A stretch of DNA of 64,000 nt, taken from positions 9,240,001 through 9,304,000 of the forward strand of contig CM075991.1 of assembly GCA_038087875.1 (NCBI GenBank), read 5' to 3'. Positions 1 to 11,868 of the stretch are shown here, piece by piece. The stretch comes from Malacoraja senta. Lineage: Eukaryota. Within the stretch, counting starts at the first letter, position 1. Each line of letters begins with the position of its first letter. Below the pieces are notes generated by a model that saw only the letters and a list, made by a program, of their open reading frames with translations, did not search any database and was not told where the DNA came from. The position numbers were made by a program, and so were the translations under genes.

Positions 1-145
1 GGGGTGGGGAAACAAAGGAGGTGCCGGCGTGCTTTGTAACATTGTCAGCGCCGTAGGTGGCCGCTATTTGTATAGATTGGGTATGCGGGCAAAGAATTTC
101 ACTGTGCCTCGTCACCTGTGACACTAAAGTATTCCTTTCCAGTAA

Positions 146-453
146 AGGGGCCTGTCCCACCGTACGAGCTAATTCAAGAGTTCTCCCGAGTTTCCCCTGA
201 TTCGAACTCGGAGAATTACGGTAATGGCCGCTCGTAGGTACTCGGGGCTCTCGTGGACATTTTCCAACATGTTGAAAAATCTTCACGAGCTTACCTCGTT
301 TCCCGAGTACCTGCCGTTAGCGTTACGAGCCGCTAAGAGACGTCCCCGAGCTCCGACGTACCCCCTACGTACATTCTACGTGCTTACCACGAGTTAGATT
401 TTTTTTTAACTCGGGAGAGCTCTTGGGTAAACTCGTACAGTGGGACAGCCCCT
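146..453. mobile_element. PIF/Harbinger-type MITE, family A (~305 bp)
   Basis: TIR AGGGGCCTGTCCCAC...GTGGGACAGCCCCT, TAA duplicated at 143-145 and 454-456; non-coding; near-identical bodies at 27193, 39844 and 55228. Confidence 0.85.
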
Positions 454-574
454 TAAGACTCCAGCTTATATGTTAGACTCGAGTGTCTACCTTCTGTATA
501 TAAACCAGTGCGGGCTGCCGAAGCCAGCCAGCGATAACTTCTGACAACCTTCACGCTGTGAAGTAATAGCTCAC

Positions 575-660
575 CGGCACCAAAACACCAGGAGCGCACA
601 TACTGTTTGAAGGCTCTGCAGAGAAGCTCAATGTTTCTTGACCCATGTAGACATCCGTGC
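575..660 (-). CDS. Candidate 86-nt exon of an unidentified minus-strand gene
   Basis: Minus strand: acceptor tctgtctttctttcctgaAG, donor CCG|GTGAGC; open frame (G)TDVYMGQETLSFSAEPSNSMCAPGVLVP; unique sequence; protein not recognised. Confidence 0.4.
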
Positions 661-1421
661 CTTCAGGAAAGAAAGACAGATAACAAACAACCAGGTGGAT
701 GCCCATAGGACGTACAAACAAATTGGCACTGGCAGTCAGATTTTCCATCCGTGATAAGAAGTCAATTTATTTATTTTGACCCAACTTTCTAATTACTCTG
801 GATACATGGCATTTCATTTCCTTCATGGGAGAGAAAAGCCTCCCACCGGCAATTCTTTTTATCCTATAATAGAAGCCACAACCTCAAAACTAGTGAAGCA
901 AAATTGCTAAATTAGATTTTGTGATTCCGAAAATAGTTTTACACAACTTTGTGTTTGTTCTTTTCCTTTATGATAACATTCATACCTCTCAATTATATTC
1001 GTGTCTGCAACTCATCCTTTGTTCGATATTTAAACCTTTGGAAACCGCAAATTTAGTTCCAGCCTACACAGCTCATTCCCAGGTCTCTGTTAATCTGTAT
1101 ATAAACCCCAATCCATTGATTAGTATCCAGCCTATACCTTCATCATTCTGTATTTATGCCATCTGAGACCCACAATTAGATTCTCAGCCTCTGTTACACA
1201 CTCCTAGGTGTCCCCTTATTCTATATTAGAAAGAACATTCACATCCTGTTATTAGATCCCACTCTGCAACTCCCAGACGAGAATTTGTTGTTCACTATAT
1301 CAACCATGTCATCTGCACAATTCACTGCCAGGTATCTATTGTGTACACAAACACTCCGAATCTGCACCCAGGGCCAATGCACGGCCCACACAAATGAGAA
1401 AAAGAGATAGGTTTAGCTTAG

Positions 1422-1646
1422 GTAGACAAAAATGCTGGAGAAACTCAGCGGGTGAGGCAGCATCTATGGAGCGAAGGAATAGGCGACGTTTCGGGTCCCG
1501 CACCCCCCACATCAGTCTGAAGAAGGGTCTCGACCCGAAACGTCACCTATTCCTTCGCTCCATAGATGCTGCCTCACCCGCTGAGTTTCTCCAGCATTTT
1601 TGTCTACCTTCGATTTTTCCAGCATCTGCAGTTCTTTCTTAACCAT
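1422..1646. mobile_element. Penelope-like terminal fragment, inverted unit with hammerhead core
   Basis: Two inverted arms; 14-bp TSD taggtttagcttag at 1408-1421 and 1647-1660. Confidence 0.8.
1517..1544 (+). ncRNA. Minimal hammerhead ribozyme core (PLE type)
   Basis: CTGAAGA-A-GGGT(CTCG)ACCC-GAAAC-GTC: CUGANGA box, stem II, GAAA box, palindromic ACGU in place of stem III, GUC triplet; stem I only about 2 bp. Confidence 0.55.
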
Positions 1647-1660
1647 TAGGTTTAGCTTAG

Positions 1661-1988
1661 TTTACTTCACAGATACATCGCGGAAACAGGCCCTTCGGCC
1701 CACCGAGTCCGCACCCACCAGTGATCCCCGCACATTAACACGATGCCTACACGCACTAGGGACAATTTACACTTATACCAAGTATACAAACCCAAGACAA
1801 TTAACCTACAAACCTGTACGTCTTTGGAGTGTTGGGTGGAAAACGGAGATCTCGGAGAAGAACCACGCGGTCGTGGGGTGAATGTACAAACTCCGTACAG
1901 ACAGCACCCGTAGCCGGGATCGAACCCGGGTCTCTGGCGCTGCAAGCTCTGTAACGCAGCAACTCCACCGCTGCGCCACCGTGCCGCC
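1661..1988 (-). mobile_element. HE1-type V-SINE (tRNA-derived), near full length
   Basis: Reverse complement has A box GGTGGCGCAGCGG, B box GGTTCGATCC, V-domain and CR1-like tail gggccgaagggcctgtttcc. Confidence 0.85.
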
Positions 1989-2557
1989 CGTAGTTCCGAC
2001 CCCCTACCTCACCAAATTCACCTATTTCTGTAGCACGGCTTCAAGCTGGATCAGTTCGTCCACCACTGAAATGTTGAATTATCTTCAGACGTGATACTTC
2101 CAACATTCTCCTCTCCACCCTCTCGTTTTCCACCCTGCACAAACATAAACACAGCCGAAACTATTTTGCAATTAGTTGGCACCACGTCCCCTTCATCCTT
2201 CAGCTCCTGGTTGAGCGATGACTCACTGGTGAAATCTCACCTTACTTTTAAAATCCATGAATATACTTCTCCCCATCCCTAGAGCCTCCTTCACTCCACT
2301 CAACGGTTCAATGGTACTTTATTTGTCATGGGCACCAAGGTACAGTGAAATTCATCTTTGTATACAGTTAGCACATGTATCACTATATATACTGTAAGCA
2401 CTTAGATACGTTTCAGACAGGCATCTCAGATGCAGTGCGAGGGTATACCAGTAGTAGACTGAGACAGTATACAGAGTCGCCAGTTTGGCGCCATTACCTT
2501 CTGAACCTTCTGAATTTTGTAGTCGGCCGGGCAGTACTCTGCAGATCGCCAACTTGG

Positions 2558-2778
2558 ACAATTTTACATTTTCTCAAGCCAATTAATCAAGCCAATTAAC
2601 ATACAAACCTGTATGTCTTTGGAGTGTGGGAGGAAACCGAACATCTCGGAGAAAACCCACGCAGATCACGGGGAGAACTTACAAACTCCATACAGACAGC
2701 ACCCGTAGTCGGGATCGAATCCGGGTCTCTGGCGCTGCATTTTACTGTAAGGCAGCAACTCTACCGCTGTGCCACCGT
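2558..2778 (-). mobile_element. V-SINE, 5' part
   Basis: Matches other copies in the window. Confidence 0.75.
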
Positions 2779-3206
2779 GACCACCCATTACTTGTTTCTC
2801 AGTTGCTTGACCCGACCATGAAGGCCCGTTTTCCTGGCGGCGTTGCAGGGTCGGCCTGGCCAAACGTAGCCGTTGGTGTTCTCCGCCACTGCTCCCGGGT
2901 ATCGATCATTCTCCATCTAATCCATAGGAGCCTCACAACCTCTAATGTGGACAGGTACACGGATAGGAAAGGTTCAGAGGAATATGGACCAAACGCAGGC
3001 AGGTGGGACTGGTGTAGTTTGGGAAAGTTGGGCCGAAGGGCCTGTTTCCGTGCTGTATGACTCTATAATCTTAACACAAGCTTGAGTGCGCGGTATTGTT
3101 GATGTAACCTACGCATGGACATAATGTCTGAATTCTAATCCATGCCACACTCATTGCTACCTGTTCTTCTAATACAGAAAAGTAGCACAGCTCTGTTAGA
3201 CTCAGG

Positions 3207-3400
3207 ATAGACACAAAATACTGGAGTAACTCAGCGGGACAGGCAGCATCTCTGGAGAGAAGGAATGGATGACCTTTCGCCTCAACCCGAAACGTCACCC
3301 ATTCCTTCTCTCCAAAGATGCTGCCTGTCCCGCTGAGTTACTCCAGCATTTTGTTTTTATCTTCGGCTTAAACCAGCATCTGCAGTTCCTTCCTACACTA
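3207..3400. mobile_element. Penelope-like inverted terminal unit
   Basis: Inverted arms; TSD ttagactcagg at 3196-3206 and 3401-3411. Confidence 0.8.
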
Positions 3401-3794
3401 TTAGACTCAGGTGTTTATCTTCTATATATAAACCACGTAAAACTCAATTAGATTAAATCAGTGACTCGCCCTCAGGAACTAGTATTTCTAAATATAATTC
3501 TATGTGAACTCTGCAGTTAGTTTCCTGGCAGTCTAATCGAGGTATTCCGATGACTCAGTGAGGCAATGAAAATAATTGTGTAAAGGAAAGGGACTACCTG
3601 TGTACATTGGGACAGGTTGAGAACGTATTTCATAAATTCATGTGATAGGAGCAGAATAAGGCCATTCAGTCCATCAATAGAACAACCTTTCATTCCTTGA
3701 GACCTCAGTGATGATAGGCGTAGACTGCCCATTCATAAGACAGCGCATCTACTCTGATAATCAACTTACTAAACTTTCTCTGGGCTGTCTCCCT

Positions 3795-4690
3795 CTCATA
3801 GAGTCATAGATTGATAGAGTGATACAGTGTGGAAATAGGCCCTTCAGCCCATCATGCCCACACCGGCCAACATGTCCCAGCTACACTCGTCCCACCTGCC
3901 TGAGTTTGGTTCATAGCCCTCCAAACTTGTCCTATCCATGCACTTGTCTAACTGTTTCTTGAATGTAAATAAGTAGATCATAACTTTGCAGTACTTTTGA
4001 CACAATCTCTCTGACATATACAGTAGCACAGTTATAGAAACATAGAAACATAGAAAATAGGTGCAGGAGTAGGCCATTCGGCTCTTCGAGCCATTCAATA
4101 TGATCATGGCTGATTATCCAACTCAGTATCCTGTACCTGCCTTCTCTCCATACCCCCTGATCACTTTAGCCACAAGGGCCACATCTAACTCCCTCTTAAA
4201 TATAGCCAATGAACTGGCCTCAACTACCTTCTGTGGCAGAGAGTTCCAGAGATTCACCACTCTCTGTGTGAAAAATGTTTTTCTCATCTCGGTCCTAAAA
4301 GATTTCCCCCTTATCTTTAAACTATGACCCCTTGTTCTGGACTTCCCCAACATCGGGAACAATCTTCCTACATCTAGCCTGTCCAACCCCTTAACAATTT
4401 TGTACGTTTTATAGAATCACAGAGCCGATAGAGTGTGGAAACAAGCCCTTTGGCCCGACTTGCCAACACTGGAGAACATGTCCCAGCTACACGAGTCCCA
4501 CCTGCCCACATTTGGTCCATATCCCTCCAAGCCTGTCCTATCCATGTAGCTGTCTAACTGTTTCTTAAATATTGGGACATTCCCTGCCTCAACTGCCCCC
4601 TCTGGCAGCTCGTTCCATACACCCACCGCCCTTTGTGTGAAAAAGTCACCCCTCGGATTCCTATTCAATCTTTTCCCCTTCACCTTAAAG
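3795..4690 (-). mobile_element. Cluster of CR1/HER1 LINE 3' ends
   Basis: Translations RTRGHSLKIRG..FFTQRVVNLWNSLP and FFTQRAVGVWNELP; (tttctatg)n and (ctatgact)n-type tails. Confidence 0.85.
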
Positions 4691-4799
4691 TTGGAGCAAG
4701 ACTTCCCTGCCGACATAATCCCCAGATGAAAAGTAAGTGCAAAGGGTTCCCTTCGCTGGGTTGTGTATGAATTAGACAGAGGGAAACTTTCTTGCTTAC

Positions 4800-5030
4800 G
4801 ATCACAGTTTGGCGGTCGCAAGAACGACAACTGAATTTTTAAACGAATTTTTATTCAGTTTACAGGCTCTCTTGACACGTCTGGCCACAACGGTGGTCAG
4901 CGCTGAACTGCCCCGCGAAAACAAAACCGCGCGAAAACAAGCAGCCCCTCCCGAGTCACGTGACTGCGGTTTCCGAACGCCGGGTTCGATACCTGCGTGC
5001 GCCAGGAGGCGCTGCTACAACAGGAACTTT
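4800..5030 (-). promoter_or_regulatory. Candidate CpG-rich promoter / first exon
   Basis: Unique CpG-rich patch; E2F-like TTTTCGCGG (4913-4921) and TTTTCGCGC (4929-4937) on minus; palindrome AGTCACGTGACT (4954-4965); minus-strand donor C|GTAAGC at 4800/4799. Confidence 0.5.
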
Positions 5031-5452
5031 ACAAATCTCATTGAGGAAATCTTGAACCTCCGTATTCTTCCCCCTACTGTAAATTCCCCACCCCCTAATA
5101 TCACACAAACTGTACCCCCCTTCCCCCCCCCCCTCCAACACCCCATCTCCCCCTCTCCCTCCTGTCTTGACTGTTTCACGACCTTATACGATGAGAGCTT
5201 AAAATAGATTCCATGCTGGAGGAAAAAAAGCGTTGAGATAATTTGCGGCTTATTTGCAAGTCACAGATGGCTTTACAACATCACAAATCTTTTGAATACG
5301 GTCCCGTTAGCATCTAATTAAGCTTCAGATTTGGTAAATTAAGGTAATGTACATTGGAACTTGGCGATGGCTTGATTCCTCGTGAGCCGTTAGGTTTCAG
5401 GAGGTCATTTAGTACAGCACCTTGGTCTCCTTCTCCTCAAATACATCTCCTT

Positions 5453-5652
5453 NNNNNNNNNNNNNNNNNNNNNNNNNNNNNNNNNNNNNNNNNNNNNNNN
5501 NNNNNNNNNNNNNNNNNNNNNNNNNNNNNNNNNNNNNNNNNNNNNNNNNNNNNNNNNNNNNNNNNNNNNNNNNNNNNNNNNNNNNNNNNNNNNNNNNNNN
5601 NNNNNNNNNNNNNNNNNNNNNNNNNNNNNNNNNNNNNNNNNNNNNNNNNNNN
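5453..5652. other. Assembly gap (200 N)
   Basis: Run of N; sequence resumes inside a CR1 3' end. Confidence 1.
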
Positions 5653-5820
5653 TGGTATATTTAAGAGGGAGTTAGATGTGGCCCTTGTGGCTAAAGGGAT
5701 CAGGGGGTATGGAGAGAAGGCAGGTACAGGATACCGAGTTGGATGATCAGCCATGATCATATTGAATGGCGGTGCAGGCTCGAAGGGCCGAATGGCCTAC
5801 TCCTGCACCTATTTTCTATG
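5653..5820 (+). mobile_element. CR1 LINE 3' end
   Basis: IFKRELDVALVAKGIRGYGEKAGTG plus conserved 3' stem-loop and tail. Confidence 0.85.
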
Positions 5821-6132
5821 AATAGAAGATTGTTATTTGTTTCACTGTGTGAATGCACTTTGTATCCTTTTGTGTATTAATCAGCATCTGCAGTTGCTTG
5901 TTCCTACATTTTCAGTCAATTTTTCTTGATCCAAAACATCACCTGTCCATGTTTTTCAGAGATGCTGCCTGACCCGTCATGTTACTCCAGCACTTTGTAC
6001 ACAGTTTTTTGTAAACCAGCATCTGCAGTTCCTTATTGCTACATTGTTCTGGAGAGCATTAGAGGTTGAATGTCAGACCCGATTTAAGCATATCAGATTA
6101 GAGATGCATAGAAAGGGCAGGTGATCCGAATT

Positions 6133-6371
6133 AGACACCAAGTGCAGAAGTAACTCAATGGGTCGGGCAGCATCTCTGGAGAGAAGGAATGGGTGACGCT
6201 TCAGGTCGAGACCCTTCTTCAGACTGAGAGTTGGGGGAGAGGGAGACACAGAGATGAGGAAGGGTAAAGCTGACTCTCAGTCTGAAGAAGGGTCTCGATC
6301 CGAAACATCACCAATTCCTTCTCTCCAGAGATGCTGCCTGTCCCGCTGAGTTACTCCAGCATTCTGTGTCT
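6133..6371. mobile_element. Penelope-like inverted terminal unit
   Basis: Inverted arms, each containing a hammerhead-like core, around a short spacer. Confidence 0.75.
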
Positions 6372-6689
6372 AACAGTGTTCATGAGTTAAGGCAAGTTTA
6401 TTCTCATTTGCACATGTACGGTGATGTGTAGGTTCAATAGATAAGCTTCCATTACTTGGAAAAATGAGGGTTTGAATTTCCCCTCCGTTGCATGTGTTAA
6501 ACGCATAAAAGGGGAGTGTTGTGCTCTGCTTTGGAAGTTCAGCTCAGATGACTTCAACGGATACCAGGCACAGACACACTGATATAAAGCAAGCAATCAT
6601 GGGTGGACTTCAGACCGTTCCGTCTGAAACAGCGAGCTTTCCCGTTCCACATTCTCGCGTGGTGAATCCTGATGGGAGAAGGAAGCTTA

Positions 6690-6920
6690 AGGGCCTGTCC
6701 CACTTGGGCATCATTTACGCGACATCATTTACGCGACATCATTTACGCGTCACGACTCGGGAGTCGTGACGCGCGCATGGCGTGCATTACCCGTGCATGG
6801 TGCGTGGTGACGTAGGCAGTGACGCGCGGTCGTGCGCGGCGCCCCAAGATTTGGGGATTCACAAAATCTTCGGCCGCCACCTGCGCGACGCGCCAATGAC
6901 GCCCAAGTGGGACAGGCCCT
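6690..6920. mobile_element. Harbinger-type MITE, family B (CpG-rich)
   Basis: TIR AGGGCCTGTCCCACTTGGGC, TTA TSD at 6687-6689 and 6921-6923. Confidence 0.85.
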
Positions 6921-7246
6921 TTAATGACCTCAAGACACTTGAGACACTCAGGTCTCACCTCTGGTCCCCAAACCTGTGCGGGAACATCAGCACGTTTCAC
7001 AGTTAAATATCATTTAGTTTATGATCGTCACGTGTCCCAGGGCACCGTGACATGTTCTGCGTGCTATCCAGTCAAATCATGTCAAAACGTGAGTTTAGTC
7101 ATGCATTGGTGAAAGTGAGTGTCAATAGATCCTCTTCTGTGACAGCACGCAAAGAGTCGCCACGTTCTGGTGCCATCTTGCAACTTCCAATTCTCTGAAA
7201 ACTGTAACCTTAGCCTGAGGATGTATGCAGTGGATCGATGAAGTGT

Positions 7247-7561
7247 GGCACGGTGGCACAGCGGTAGAGTTGCTGCCTTACAGCGCCAGATACACGGGTT
7301 CGATCCTGACTACGGTGCTGTCTGTACGGAGCTTGTACGTTCTCCCCGTGACCCCGTGATCTCCGTGATCTCCGGTTTCCTCCCACACTCCAAAGACATA
7401 CAGGTTTGCAGGTCAATTGGCTTGGTGTCATTGTAAATTGTCCCTAGTGTGTGTGTGTGTGTGTGTTTGTGGGATAGTGTAAGTGTGCGGGGATCGCTGG
7501 TCGGCGTGGACTCAGTGGGCCGAAGGGCCTGTTTTCGCGCTGTATCCCCAAACTGAACTGA
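7247..7561 (+). mobile_element. V-SINE
   Basis: A/B boxes, V-domain, CR1-like tail. Confidence 0.85.
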
Positions 7562-7836
7562 AGTAGGGGTTGGTCTGGCCAAGAGAGATGGTGTTGGGTG
7601 CTTTCACTGCCGCTCCATGCAGCAAAACGCTCGCTCACTCAGATGCAGTAGAGCTTCCAGTGGCTTTAGTTCTAGTGTTTTAATATTTGCAATGTTACTC
7701 AAAATATAAGATTTAGATATTGTATCGTGTGACAACATAATTATTGTATTTGCATAATTGTAACTGTTTGTTGGTATAATTGGGACAGAGGGGAAAGCAG
7801 GAACCGTTAAACAAAATAAACTTGCAGATATAGCCT

Positions 7837-8144
7837 GGCGGCACGGGGTGGCGCAGTGGTAGAGTTGCCACCTTAAAGCGCCAGAGACCCGAGTTCGATC
7901 CTGACCACGGATTCTGACTGTACGGAGTTTGTACGTTCTCCCTGAGACTGCGTGGGTTTTCTCCGGGTGCTCCGGTTTCCTCCCACATCCCAAAGATGTG
8001 TGGTTTTGTACGTTAATTGGCCTCCATAAATTGCCACCCAGCGCGTAGGACATAGAACTAGTGTCCGAGTGATCGATGGCCGGCGTGGATTTAGTGGACC
8101 GAAGAGCCTGTTTCCGTGCTGTATCTATGAAACTCAAACTAAAT
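7837..8144 (+). mobile_element. V-SINE
   Basis: A/B boxes, V-domain, tail. Confidence 0.85.
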
Positions 8145-8744
8145 CCAATTCTGAGGCACTCCTGCCAGTCAATAGATCTCAAGCCTTGAGCGATAGTTAA
8201 TAGATGTCAAGAACCTTTGGTGAACTCCCACCCACACTCCAAAGACCTACAGTTGTGTAGGTTAATTGCAGATATGGTCTGTAAATCATCCCTAGAGTGT
8301 AGACAATAGACAATAGACAATAGGTGCAGGAGTAGGCCATTTGGCCCTTCGAGCCAGCACTGCCATTCAATGAGTAGGTTAGAACTAGTGTACCGGTGAC
8401 TATTGTCGGCACAGACTCGGTGGGCCGAAGGGCCTGTTTCCATGCTGTATCTCTAAAGTCTAAAGTAAAAGTCTAAAGCCTGATATAATATCTTCTGCAC
8501 TTACCAAATAATCGTGAACAGAGCTAGATTCAGGGGGCATGCTCAACAAGGGGTGTTTGGTGAGGTATAAGATCATAATTTGGTATAAGATCATGTGATA
8601 GGAGCAGATTTAGGCCATTCGGCCCATTAAGTCTGCTCCGCCATTCAATAAAATATTCAGCTACGTGTCGGTGTTCTGGCCCTGGGTCAGTACTTATCCA
8701 GGTCAGGACAATTGGTTCATATTGCCAAGTGTGTCTTTAGCCTT

Positions 8745-9016
8745 GGAGATACAGCCAGGAAACAGGCCCTTCGGCCCACCGAGTCTGCACACTATCCTAC
8801 ACACACCAGGGTAAATTTATAGTTTTTACCTAAGCCAATTAACCTGCAAACCTGCACGTCTTTGGAGTGTTGGCGGAAACCGGAGCACCCGGAGAAAACC
8901 CACGCGGTCACAGGGAGAACATAGAAACTCCGCACATACAGCACCCGTGGTCAGGATCGAACCCGGGTCCCTGGCGCTGTGTGAGGCAGCAACTCTACCG
9001 CTGCGTCACCGTGTCG
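8745..9016 (-). mobile_element. V-SINE
   Basis: Matches family. Confidence 0.8.
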
Positions 9017-9420
9017 CACGGGTCCTTGTTCAATATTTGTGTTTCAATAGTGCGTTTGAGACTGATGGATTTTCTTGGGTCAGGTGTGGAAAATATTAGA
9101 AGTCCTCTGGCTAAGGTTGGTTGTTGCAAACATCTGTGTCGCCTCTTGCGTGGATAACAGCAGCATCTTGCAAGTCCTGGTGCATGAATTGGGGAGGTTG
9201 ACTGAAATCCTGCAATTTTTTGAAGTGGCATTGCGCAGCTGGTAGAGGTATTGTCTCACTGGGCTCGTTCCTGACCCGGGCTCGATCCTGACCTTGAGTG
9301 CTGTCTGTGTGGAGTTTGCACATTCTCCAGTCATTGGTCATCAGTCATTGGTGCTGGCTGTGATTTGTTCTGTACCTCGTTACTAGTTACTAGTTACCCT
9401 CTCACCGAAATGTCACCTTT

Positions 9421-9822
9421 CAGTTTGACTTTAGTTTATTGTCACGTGTACCGAGGTACAGTGAAAAGCTTTTGTTGCGTGCTAACCAGTCAGCGGAAAG
9501 ACAATATATGATTACAATCGTGTTTACAGCGTATAGATCCATGATAAAGGAACAATGTTTAGTGCAAGCTAAAGCCACTAAAGTCCATTCAAAGATAACC
9601 CAGGGGTCACCAATGAGGTAGATAGTAGTTCAGGACTGCTCTCTGGTTGTGGTAGGATGATTCAGTTGCCTTATAACAGCTGGGAAGAAACTGTCCCTGA
9701 ATCTGGTGTGAGCATTTTCACTCTTCTGCACCTTTTGCCTGATGGGAGAGGGGAGAAGAAGGAGTGGCCGGGATGCGACTCGTCCTTGATTATGCTGCTG
9801 GCCTTGCCGAGGCAGCGTGAGG
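9421..9822 (-). mobile_element. Rex1/Babar-like LINE 3' end
   Basis: Reverse complement encodes SRCLGKASSIIKD..HPGH..LPSG and FRDSFFPAVIRQLN; tail with gacaataaactaa. Confidence 0.75.
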
Positions 9823-9959
9823 TATATTTCACCTCTACCTTTTCTCCAGAGATACTGCCCGAGTTACTCCAGCTGAGTTACTCCAGCATTATGTGTCTAT
9901 CACCTTCACCTTTGTTCTATCCTTCCGTCGGGCGTGGCCACCCTGATACAATGTGCGTA

Positions 9960-10415
9960 TTAGTTTAGTGGAGAGATACAGCGCGGAAACAGGCCCTTCG
10001 GCCCACCAAGTCCGCACCGACCAACAATCCCCGCACCCTTACACTATCCTACACACACTGGGCACAAGGTTACCTTTACACCAAGTCAAATTAGCCTACA
10101 CACCTGCACGTCTTTGGAGTGTGGGAGGAAACCGAAGATCTCAGAGAAAATCCACGCAGGTCAAGGGGGCAACGTACAAACTCCGTACATACAGTACCCA
10201 TGTTTGGGATCGGACTCTGGTCTCCAGTGCTGTAATATATATGGTTATATGGGTTATTGTCTGAGTGCAGGTAGATGGGACTAGGGGGAAGTATTTATTT
10301 TTAATTTAAAAAAAAAAAAATTAATGTTCGGCACGGACTTGAAGGGCCGAGATGGCCTGTTTCCGTGCTGTTATGGTTATATGGTTATATGGTTATAAGG
10401 CAGCAACTCTACCAC
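9960..10415 (-). mobile_element. V-SINE interrupted by a CR1 tail (~10234-10396)
   Basis: SINE head resumes after the (tatatggt)n tail. Confidence 0.7.
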
Positions 10416-10514
10416 TGAGCTTTCTATTGGTGAGGCATAGGTGGTGCTGGCATCTGGGTTGGTGTTTATTGCATTTGAATGTCTTGCTGGCAGTTCAGAG
10501 TCGGCCATTTCGTT

Positions 10515-10870
10515 ATGGGCCCAGAGTCACACATCGACCAAGCCAGCATTCCTTCCCTGAAGGACACCGCTGAAAATAATGTGCTTTTGCAACAATTCGG
10601 CAATTTTATGGTCACTCACTATAACTGAGACCAGCCTTTTTAAAAGAACGCCTGGTTATTTAATTAGCTCAATTTAAGCGCTCCAGCTGTCGTTGTAGAA
10701 TTTGAACTCATGTTAAAGGATCATTAGACCAGTAATCTAATCACTAAGCCACCATTCCCAGTATCGAGGTAATGATGCAATGTAATGTGAGTTCAAATCC
10801 CATCATGGTAATTTGGGAATATTAATTCAGTTAAAAATATCTTGGAACAAAAAGCCTGTTAAAGCAAAAG
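10515..10870. mobile_element. Old SacSINE/DeuSINE-like relics, head-to-head pair
   Basis: Motifs ttccttccctgaaggaca, atggtcac and atttgaactca (minus), and gagttcaaatcccatcatgg (plus); related relic at 33985-34210. Confidence 0.5.
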
Positions 10871-10882
10871 TAAGTGTTAGAT

Positions 10883-11196
10883 TAGTTTAGTTTTAGAGTT
10901 ACAGAGCGGAAACAGGCCCTTCGGCCCACCGAGTCCACACAAACCAACACATTAACACAAGCCTACACACACTAGGGACAATTTACACTTATACCAAGTA
11001 TACAAACCCAAGCCAATTAGCCTACAAACCAGTACGTCTTTGGAGTGTGAGAGAATACCAAAGATCTTGGAGAAAATTCACAGGGAGAATGTACAAACTC
11101 CGTACAGACAGCACCCGTAGTCAGGATCGAACCCAGGTCTCCGGCGCTGCATTAGCTGAAAGACAGCCACACTACCGCTGCGTCACCGTGCCGCCC
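10883..11196 (-). mobile_element. V-SINE
   Basis: Matches family. Confidence 0.8.
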
Positions 11197-11364
11197 CATT
11201 CTCTATGTTCCCATTCAACAGCAAAAACTTGCAAGTGTTGAGAATCTGATATGAAAATATTGGCAACACTCAGCAGTGGGCGGAGGAGGGGGGAATGGAG
11301 ATAATGTTTCTGGACAATTACACTCCATATTGGCTATTGGTGAGGCTCCAGATTTGCGTGTTCC

Positions 11365-11868
11365 AGTCTCAACATTGAAGAAACATATAGTCGGGTACAT
11401 GGATAGGACAGGTTTGGAGGGATATGGGCCAAACGCAGGCAGGTGGGACCACTGTAGGCAGGGCATATCGGTTGGCGTGGGCAAGTTGGGCCAAAGGGCC
11501 TGTTTCCATGCTGTATGACTTGGATAGAGTGGATGTGGGGAGGATGTTTCCACGAGTGGGAGAGTCTAGGACCAGAGGTCATAGCCTCAGAATTAAAGGT
11601 CATTCTTTTAGGAAGGAGATGAGGAGGAATTTCTTTAGGTGGTGAATCTGTGGAATTCTTTGCCACAGAAAGCTGTGGAGGCCAAGTCAGTGGATATATT
11701 TAAGGCAGAGATAGATAGATTCTTGATTATTACAGGTGTCGGAGGTTATGGAGAGAAGGCAGGAGAATGGGGTTCGGAGGGAGAGATCGATCAGCCATGA
11801 TTGAATGGTGGCGTAGACTTGATGGGCCAAATGGCCTAAATTGCTACTATCACTCATGATCTTATGAT
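11365..11868 (+). mobile_element. Two abutting CR1 3' ends
   Basis: YMDRTGLEGYG.. followed by LDRVDVGRMFPRVGESRTRGHSLRIKG.. Confidence 0.8.

Noticed and set aside
5354..5760. ORFs spanning the N run (also 28500-28802)
   Set aside because: Assembly gap artefacts
7247..7320. tRNA-like heads of V-SINEs as tRNA genes
   Set aside because: They continue into the SINE body and do not form complete cloverleaves
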